Below, one piece after another: positions 58,192 through 64,000 of a stretch of 64,000 bases of DNA (position 1 is the first letter of the stretch; each line of letters starts with the position of its first letter). Origin of the DNA: a virus; IMG/VR virus record IMGVR_UViG_3300042306_000227, positions 1 to 64,000 of that record; one strand, 5' to 3'. A program made the translations under genes and the position numbers. Under the pieces are notes generated by a model. It was not told the DNA's origin. It worked only from the letters and a program-made list of their open reading frames with translations, and did not search any database.

Positions 58192-58418
58192 GTTGTTATG
58201 CCTTTTATCTCTTTGATTATATCTATTTTTAAGAGCCTAGCATCCTTCCACTTATCATATTTTGTCTTTGTCTTTCTCTCTATTCCTGCACAGGATAAAG
58301 CCCTGTTCCTTTGGTATTCCGTCAGTTCGTAGTCTATTAAAGACTTTTCTGTCACAACTATCTCAGACACTATCTTCTCCGATGGTATCCCCAATGTCAC
58401 CTTTGCTAGGTATATCAT
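58188..58418 (-). CDS. hypothetical protein
   Basis: 76 aa, ATGA overlap. Confidence 0.6.
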   Translation of the reverse strand: MIYLAKVTLGIPSEKIVSEIVVTEKSLIDYELTEYQRNRALSCAGIERKTKTKYDKWKDARLLKIDIIKEIKGITT

Positions 58419-58812
58419 ATATTTCTATTTGAAGTATGTCTTCCTTTTCTTTATGGTAGTACGATTCATAAACAATAGAGCTTATGTGTTTTACATTATC
58501 ATCCTTTACAAGGCTAGAGCCTTTCGCATAATCTAAAAACACCTTGCTCCAAAAACCTAATCTATTCTCTATATCAAATGTAGTCTTATTTGATGAATAC
58601 GTATACTTGATTAGTAGCTTGTTCTTTGTCTTCTTATTAAATAACTTCCTGTCTATAAATAATGATAGAGCTTTCTTTGCCTTGTCAACAACACCTTTCC
58701 TTACACTCCAATGAGTATTAGAATAGAAAAGATTCATAGATGTGTATCTCTTCTTCCTGCTAACGATAAAGTAGCTAGGTATATTGTTTATTGTGACATT
58801 AAATTTTCTCAT
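58363..58812 (-). CDS. RusA-like Holliday junction resolvase
   Basis: 'DIEN...KVFLD...LVKDDN'; start at MRKFNV, after the terminator. Confidence 0.65.
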   Translation of the reverse strand: MRKFNVTINNIPSYFIVSRKKRYTSMNLFYSNTHWSVRKGVVDKAKKALSLFIDRKLFNKKTKNKLLIKYTYSSNKTTFDIENRLGFWSKVFLDYAKGSSLVKDDNVKHISSIVYESYYHKEKEDILQIEIYDIPSKGDIGDTIGEDSV

Positions 58813-58840
58813 AAAAAGAAGGGGATGCCAAAGCACCCCC
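58813..58840 (-). terminator. intrinsic terminator
   Basis: Minus strand GGGGTGC-TTTG-GCATCCCC-TTCTTTTT. Confidence 0.65.
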
Positions 58841-58904
58841 ATTACTTAAATTTTAGTTAATTGTAGTCTATCTATTAATTGTTGTATCAATGGATAGATT
58901 TTAA

Positions 58905-59156
58905 TTAGAACCCCAAGTCATCATTAACTACAGGCTGATAAGCAGGCTTAGCTGCAGCAGGTGCTTGCTTCTCTTCAGCTAACTCAACTAATCCACCTAA
59001 GAAGGCTGTACCTGTCTTAGATTGCTTTAGCCATAAAGCTGTTCTGTACTTTACTCCATTGATTTCTAAGCTTCCGCTGTAGTCAGGACTCTTTTCTGAT
59101 TTCTTGTCTGCGTTTTTAAAAATCGCAATTGTGTTTTGGTTTTTTACTTCTGCCAT
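58905..59156 (-). CDS. small single-stranded DNA-binding protein (DUF736-like)
   Basis: 'KSPDYSGSLEINGVKYRTALW' and acidic-aromatic tail DDLGF. Confidence 0.75.
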   Translation of the reverse strand: MAEVKNQNTIAIFKNADKKSEKSPDYSGSLEINGVKYRTALWLKQSKTGTAFLGGLVELAEEKQAPAAAKPAYQPVVNDDLGF

Positions 59157-59180
59157 GTTGATTTTATTTTTGGTTTAAAA

Positions 59181-59411
59181 TTACTTTGCTGTTATCTTAA
59201 TAGAGTATCCTGATTTTTCTAGATAGTCTATTATAGATTGTAGTGATACCTTTCTTCTTTCCCCACTAGCTGTTGTGTATTCTCTAAAAAAATTCACATA
59301 TGTGTTGTAACATCCTTCAGGAGCTCTTTCACCCTTTGTTTCCATCATTGAATCATACAAGCTAGGGTAAGCTTTCTTTAATGAACCTTGTGTAAATCCT
59401 TCTTTTGCCAT
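59181..59411 (-). CDS. hypothetical (HTH-like) protein
   Basis: 76 aa, coupled. Confidence 0.6.
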   Translation of the reverse strand: MAKEGFTQGSLKKAYPSLYDSMMETKGERAPEGCYNTYVNFFREYTTASGERRKVSLQSIIDYLEKSGYSIKITAK

Positions 59412-59788
59412 TATAATTCTCTTTTAAAATTGAATATTTTTATTATCTTAATATCTGTTAATACTCCCTTTACGATACTCAACTTTATTTGGTAAAAATG
59501 TGTGCCTGGCATAGACGAACAAGATATAGTATCATCAAACAACTGCTTTATCTTGCTAGTTAAACGCATCTCCATGGTCTTACCAAATATAGAATGTGGC
59601 TTATCTACCAATTCTAATTCATAATCCTGCATGAACATTTGTTTTGACTTAGGATTGAATATGTATATATCATACTCGTTATTTAAATCCTTAGTCTGCC
59701 ATTCAGAAATGGTATCCCAAAATTCATCCTTTTTGATTATTTCAGGAAGCCATTCTGTAGGTATACTAATCGTGTCATATCTAGACAT
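59411..59788 (-). CDS. hypothetical protein
   Basis: 125 aa, 'MSRYDTI...EWQTKDL'; promoter TAGTTTTG at 59814-59821 (-). Confidence 0.7.
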   Translation of the reverse strand: MSRYDTISIPTEWLPEIIKKDEFWDTISEWQTKDLNNEYDIYIFNPKSKQMFMQDYELELVDKPHSIFGKTMEMRLTSKIKQLFDDTISCSSMPGTHFYQIKLSIVKGVLTDIKIIKIFNFKREL

Positions 59789-59845
59789 TTTGTTTGCTGT
59801 GTTTGTTCTTTTACAAAACTACCCACAAACATTAACATTTTCTAC

Positions 59846-60637
59846 CTATTTTATCCACATTGGTAGCCCAAGTGTATGAATCTCTTCAACACCTGTCTTT
59901 GAGTATCCACTTACAGGATATCCTGCATCCATCCACATCTTAAATTCACCGAGCAATCGTGTTAGTTCTTGAATACCATAATCAACATAAGCCCTGTCTG
60001 CTTGAAAAACTGTTGTGATGTATGGGTAAACACTCTCTACTACTATGTACATAAATGGAGGATACTCATCTCTCTCTATTATTCCAAGTTCTCTAAGAGC
60101 TAGTGTATACACAGCCGCTTGGATGTAATATTTTTTATTAAAGAAATCTTTAGGCACCTCATTAGGGTCTGCTGTTTTAGATGTCTTCAACTCTACTATG
60201 TATGGATTATCTAACATGTACCCAATACCATCAATGAATCCTCGCATTGGCATAGTCATTATATTAATAATGAACTGCTTCTCTGTTTCTTTCATGTTAT
60301 CAAGAACAGACTTAGCTTTCTTATACGAATACACTGACTCTTGCATGTCCTTTGCTTGTTGCCAAACATCAGGGTCAATAACCTCTAATCCTTTGTTAGC
60401 TAATTCAAACTCCTCCTTTGCCTCCTTGTCTGCCTTCTTACGAAGGTCAAACTTAGGAGACACGATGTATTTAGAAGCCTCTTTTGGTTCCAATATGAGG
60501 GTATGGACAAGGCTACCTAACTGCATCTGAGGGGATGTTGTTTTAGGTTGGGTAATATACTTTATGTAGTGTAGTGGCGATATAGCAAAGTTTGATAACG
60601 AGCTAAACGACAATGGTCTTTCGTTAATATCAATCAT
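59846..60637 (-). CDS. exonuclease VIII-like PD-(D/E)XK nuclease (DUF3799-like)
   Basis: LSFSSL, LGSLVHTLILEP, RGFID, VELKT, YYIQAAVY. Confidence 0.85.
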   Translation of the reverse strand: MIDINERPLSFSSLSNFAISPLHYIKYITQPKTTSPQMQLGSLVHTLILEPKEASKYIVSPKFDLRKKADKEAKEEFELANKGLEVIDPDVWQQAKDMQESVYSYKKAKSVLDNMKETEKQFIINIMTMPMRGFIDGIGYMLDNPYIVELKTSKTADPNEVPKDFFNKKYYIQAAVYTLALRELGIIERDEYPPFMYIVVESVYPYITTVFQADRAYVDYGIQELTRLLGEFKMWMDAGYPVSGYSKTGVEEIHTLGLPMWIK

Positions 60638-61050
60638 TAGAAAAAGTTTTGTGGTGTAGGTATAGTCTTACTAGAAGATGCCTGCTCTCCTGATGCGTCT
60701 GTGTCTTTATCAGTAACTAAGCCTAACATACTAGATAGGGCGTATCTTCTAAAGTAAGTTACACCTGAGCCATATGCTTGGTATTCATTCATGCCTCCTA
60801 ATAATTGTACATATGGTATTGGCGTAGATGACTCTAAGAATTCTTCTGATGGTACATGGTATAGAATTGTCTTAATCGTATTATCCTGTAATGGCTGAGA
60901 TACAACTAATCCATGCTTTTTTAGTAATGGGTTGATAACGCTGTAGATTTTAGGTAAATCTGCATATGTGTACTTGTGTCCTATAGTATCTTTATGGATA
61001 ACAGGGCATTCTTGTTGGAAATCTCCCAACGCTTTCATTAGGTTTTTCAT
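60637..61050 (-). CDS. erf: ERF-family ssDNA annealing protein
   Basis: YTYADL, PLLKKHGL, GSGVTYFRRYAL..MLGL, DTDA. Confidence 0.9.
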   Translation of the reverse strand: MKNLMKALGDFQQECPVIHKDTIGHKYTYADLPKIYSVINPLLKKHGLVVSQPLQDNTIKTILYHVPSEEFLESSTPIPYVQLLGGMNEYQAYGSGVTYFRRYALSSMLGLVTDKDTDASGEQASSSKTIPTPQNFF

Positions 61051-61290
61051 TTACTTGGTTTTATATTCTTTCTCAATTAATAAATCAATATAGTGCTTTG
61101 CCTTCTCTAAATCCTGCAATCCATTCTTAGACTTGTGTCTGCATACATACTTGATAACATTAGCCTCCATGTATGGTATATTGTTCTCGTATATGAACTC
61201 AATAGGCTGAATCTTCATCTTATTGTAATGCGTTCCTCCTATTTGTACCTTTGTTGGTGTTATTTGTTCATTTTCATCAAAAAACATCAT
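61051..61290 (-). CDS. DUF3310 protein (T7 gp1.7-like nucleotide kinase domain)
   Basis: GGTHY, QPIEFI, NVIKYVCR..KNGLQDLEKAKHY. Confidence 0.85.
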   Translation of the reverse strand: MMFFDENEQITPTKVQIGGTHYNKMKIQPIEFIYENNIPYMEANVIKYVCRHKSKNGLQDLEKAKHYIDLLIEKEYKTK

Positions 61291-61309
61291 AGCTTTTGGT
61301 TTAGGTATA

Positions 61310-61341
61310 CAAATATAGTTACTTGATTGTAAACATCCAAA
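61310..61341 (-). promoter_or_regulatory. Bacteroidota primary-sigma promoter
   Basis: TTTG-N20-TATATTTG. Confidence 0.75.
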
Positions 61342-61656
61342 TTAATCTATGTATTTTTTCAAAGATTCTAATATATCCTTGCAATCATCTTCTGTAACTA
61401 GACTCATCAATAAAACCACCTCTGATATGTAATGAACTCTATCGTCTTCCATATCTGATTCTATTAACGCCTTAGCCCCAGGATTCATAAACCTAATTGC
61501 GTTAGACAACTTATTATAATCCTTTATAATTGAGTAACATATGTTCTTGTACTCTGTAGCTATTGGATACTGCCTTACGCTTTCTGCATATAAAGCTGAC
61601 GCTTTCATTAACCTCATTAGAGATGCTATTTCTGCTCCTATTTTATTTACGTTCAT
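61342..61656 (-). CDS. hypothetical protein
   Basis: 104 aa, helical. Confidence 0.65.
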   Translation of the reverse strand: MNVNKIGAEIASLMRLMKASALYAESVRQYPIATEYKNICYSIIKDYNKLSNAIRFMNPGAKALIESDMEDDRVHYISEVVLLMSLVTEDDCKDILESLKKYID

Positions 61657-61750
61657 TGCGAATTTCTTTTACTCTTATATAAACATAGATTCCCATAAAA
61701 ATCCAACATATTACTGCTAGTGTTATTTGTAGATACTTAAGCCATTCCAT
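61643..61750 (-). CDS. small single-TM protein (35 aa)
   Basis: Read by hand: MEWLKYLQITLAVICWIFMGIYVYIRVKEIRNERK. Confidence 0.5.
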   Translation of the reverse strand: MEWLKYLQITLAVICWIFMGIYVYIRVKEIRNERK

Positions 61751-61752
61751 AA

Positions 61753-62028
61753 TTATTCTGTTTTATTTAAAATGATTTCTAATATTTCAAGAGCCTCTCT
61801 TGGATGCTGTTCCTTGTACATGTCAATGCCAATCTCATATCTGCTAATTATCTGCCTGTTAACAAAATTCTCAGTGAATAGTGAATCGTTTACAGATATA
61901 AGCCTGTTATTTTCAGCCTCTAGCTCAGCTATTTTAGCTTCTAGCTTTTTGCTAGTCATCTCTGAGTAACAGCTTATCAAAAACACAATGCATATAATTA
62001 GCCAAAAATATTTTGAATTTATTTTCAT
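61753..62028 (-). CDS. membrane-anchored coiled-coil protein (possible lipoprotein)
   Basis: Hydrophobic N-terminus with LIS-C, then heptads. Confidence 0.65.
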   Translation of the reverse strand: MKINSKYFWLIICIVFLISCYSEMTSKKLEAKIAELEAENNRLISVNDSLFTENFVNRQIISRYEIGIDMYKEQHPREALEILEIILNKTE

Positions 62029-62153
62029 ATAGACTTAATTATCCGCTTAACTTCAAAGATAACATGTGCTGTCAAATACAAAGTACAAGCCAATGGCACA
62101 GATACTAGAAGGAAAAATGATAGTTGTCCTGCTTTCTTTATAAGATGTTTCAT
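62025..62153 (-). CDS. small single-TM protein (42 aa)
   Basis: Read by hand; ATGA overlap with the next gene. Confidence 0.5.
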   Translation of the reverse strand: MKHLIKKAGQLSFFLLVSVPLACTLYLTAHVIFEVKRIIKSI

Positions 62154-62157
62154 AGTC

Positions 62158-62283
62158 TTAGATTTCAATTGTGAATACAAAACACCCAATCATAATATGC
62201 CAAGAATCCCAATATACTACATGGAATCCAAATCCTTTTACGATGTCAATGGCTACTTTCTTTGTGTTTAATAGGTTTTTCAT
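62158..62283 (-). CDS. small hypothetical protein (41 aa)
   Basis: Read by hand (MKNLLNTKKVAIDIVKGFG...); fills the gap in the operon. Confidence 0.5.
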   Translation of the reverse strand: MKNLLNTKKVAIDIVKGFGFHVVYWDSWHIMIGCFVFTIEI

Positions 62284-62289
62284 TTGTGT

Positions 62290-62499
62290 TTATTTTATTA
62301 TTCTGAATATGAACTCTCTGTTTTCTTCAATGAACCTCTTTCGTTTTATTGGGTTTAATGAATTCTTAATAGTCTCATGGTTTATGCCTGTTCTTCTACT
62401 AGCATCACATATTGACTTGTAGCTCACTTCCTGCTTCGTGTCCAAGTATATTTTCCTCACAGGTATCCTGTTCTCCAATCCCTTTACTTCCATCATTTT
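62290..62499 (-). CDS. NUMOD1-type DNA-binding protein
   Basis: 'YKSICDASRRTGINHETI'; start codon uncertain. Confidence 0.6.
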   Translation of the reverse strand, partial: KMMEVKGLENRIPVRKIYLDTKQEVSYKSICDASRRTGINHETIKNSLNPIKRKRFIEENREFIFRIIK

Positions 62500-62998
62500 C
62501 ATTTTCTTTTTCGTATATTTTTCTAATGTTATCAATCACGTGCTGATATCTAAGTGCAAATGGTTGACTAGTTGACAATAGGTCATCAAAAGTTTTTATC
62601 CCATGAATAACAGTTGTATGGTCATATCCTTTATAGAATTTTGATTGCAACTCTGAACCTATTTCTTTAAGGTTATAGCCCATTAATCTTGCTATTTTAA
62701 AGTAGATAAATCTATACTCAGTAGCATCTCTACTTCTTAATATAGATGTTATTCTAATTAGCTTCCTGTTTATCTTTCTATCTCCAAACTCACGCTCCAT
62801 TATATCATTGATTACATTTACCAATTCATATAATTTTATTCTAGGCAAATAACTCCTGTCATCATATAGAGTAATAACATGGGGCGTGTATCCTATCTTT
62901 TCATGGAACTCTTTTTTAAACCTGCTAATTAACCTGTCTTCTAGTGTTTTTTTGTACAGCTTAGTAACTTCTTCTAAGTACTCATTTTCACTAATCAT
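62405..62998 (-). CDS. DnaA C-terminal domain-like protein
   Basis: 'YNLKEIG...YDHTTVIHGIK' matches the DnaA domain IV signature; promoter TTTG-N19-TAATTTTG at 63010-63040 (-). Confidence 0.75.
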   Translation of the reverse strand: MISENEYLEEVTKLYKKTLEDRLISRFKKEFHEKIGYTPHVITLYDDRSYLPRIKLYELVNVINDIMEREFGDRKINRKLIRITSILRSRDATEYRFIYFKIARLMGYNLKEIGSELQSKFYKGYDHTTVIHGIKTFDDLLSTSQPFALRYQHVIDNIRKIYEKENENDGSKGIGEQDTCEENILGHEAGSELQVNM

Positions 62999-63046
62999 CG
63001 CTTTTTTTTCAAAATTAAGTAAATGTTGTATACAAACAAAATATAT

Positions 63047-64000
63047 CTAGAAATTTATTTCTGATTGTATATTGTTATGCGATGCTAATGGGAATAATCC
63101 ATATTGGTCAATGAATCCAACACGAGTATACCTGAACTCAATAGGCTCTTTGTATTTACCTTTTACTAATCCATACAATTGGTCTCTATCAGTCTTGGCT
63201 ACATAAACAGAGCATCCGTTATTTTTTATACCACCATCCACATCATCATAGCTGTGTCTGTGTACGCATATGAATTGGTCTGCCTTGTTGTATAGCATTG
63301 AACCCATCTCTGCATGTGCAGGTGTAGGCATCCTGTCCTCTCTCTGAGACTCGGTATTCGTATGTGCTGTTAACCAAAGGTTTATACCTGTTTTCAATGA
63401 GTAGTTCCTGAACTGAGTGTACGCATCAATCACAGCGTTATATCTTTCCTTACCTGCTAGCTTAAGATAATTGAATGGGTCAATCAACGCACCATCAATT
63501 GAATGCACCTGTCTAACCTTATCAATTAAATCAAGCACCTGATACGGCTCAAGTAAATCCTCATTCTTCAGGATGATGAATCTATTGCTTACCCACTTAT
63601 TAGATTTAATAATCTCCTCCTCCTTGCTATCTTCAATTCTCTTTCCTAGATAGTATTGATTAAGAATCAATCTAACGCTCTCAACAGAATTCTCACCACA
63701 ATAAACAGCCCATTTCCAATTGTGTAGTCTAGCGGCTAAGTTCAAAAACCATAACGCAAAAGAAGTCTTACCGCTATGCCCATGACCTAAAACTACCGTC
63801 AACGCCTTCTTTATAAACTTAAAGTGTGGGTCTAACTCTTGATAACCACAATCTAATCCTTTATCAAACTCACCTCTCTTGTACTTTAGAAGAAAGTCTA
63901 AGCCTTCCTGTTCTGTCTGTATGAACTTATATAAATCCTCCTCTCTCATAGACTCTTGAAGGGACATCTTTATAAACTCATCTTGTATCTCTACCAAGGG
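63047..64000 (-). CDS. DnaB/SF4-type replicative helicase, 5' end outside the window
   Basis: GHGHSGKT (Walker A), LIDPFN, LTAH, KAD. Confidence 0.85.
   Translation of the reverse strand, partial: PLVEIQDEFIKMSLQESMREEDLYKFIQTEQEGLDFLLKYKRGEFDKGLDCGYQELDPHFKFIKKALTVVLGHGHSGKTSFALWFLNLAARLHNWKWAVYCGENSVESVRLILNQYYLGKRIEDSKEEEIIKSNKWVSNRFIILKNEDLLEPYQVLDLIDKVRQVHSIDGALIDPFNYLKLAGKERYNAVIDAYTQFRNYSLKTGINLWLTAHTNTESQREDRMPTPAHAEMGSMLYNKADQFICVHRHSYDDVDGGIKNNGCSVYVAKTDRDQLYGLVKGKYKEPIEFRYTRVGFIDQYGLFPLASHNNIQSEINF

Noticed and set aside
8647-60530. Numerous short antisense ORFs in the track (for example 8647-9030, 15891-16256, 29361-29762, 60198-60530)
   Set aside because: Shadow frames of well-supported genes on the opposite strand.
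1-64000. Stop-codon reassignment, tRNA genes, integrase or introns as in some crAss-like phages
   Set aside because: Genes are long and intact in the standard code, with TAG and TGA both used as stops. I saw no tRNA T-loop/cloverleaf, recombinase or split core gene.

Overview
About 64 kb of an AT-rich tailed-phage genome. The architecture is podovirus-like and resembles crAss-related or other Bacteroidota phages. About 19 Bacteroidota-type TAnnTTTG promoter elements sit directly upstream of genes, which points to a Bacteroidota host. Layout: (1) a leftward early arm (1-6041) with an amidoligase and class II glutamine amidotransferase pair; (2) a 1.45 kb non-coding control region (6042-7500) holding a type III hammerhead ribozyme, a duplicated structured leader motif, strand-biased ACAGG repeats, a GC-rich hairpin and a palindrome array; (3) a rightward late arm with small basic proteins, GNAT, GroES-like protein, terminase, portal, scaffold, capsid, tail and ejection proteins, three S74-chaperoned fibres, an outer-membrane operon and a lysis cassette; (4) a leftward replication/recombination arm (RusA-like, SSB-like, exonuclease, ERF, DUF3310, DnaA-CTD-like, helicase). 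Best candidates for new biology: a ~5.5 kb operon with two CsgG-like paralogues, a cohesin-dockerin protein, a stand-alone T9SS-CTD-like lipoprotein and a beta-barrel; three intergenic arrays of back-to-back, mutually different palindromes (possible operator decoys); the ribozyme-containing early leader; and a small basic gene overprinted inside the giant ejection protein. All family assignments come from motifs recognised by eye, not from database searches.
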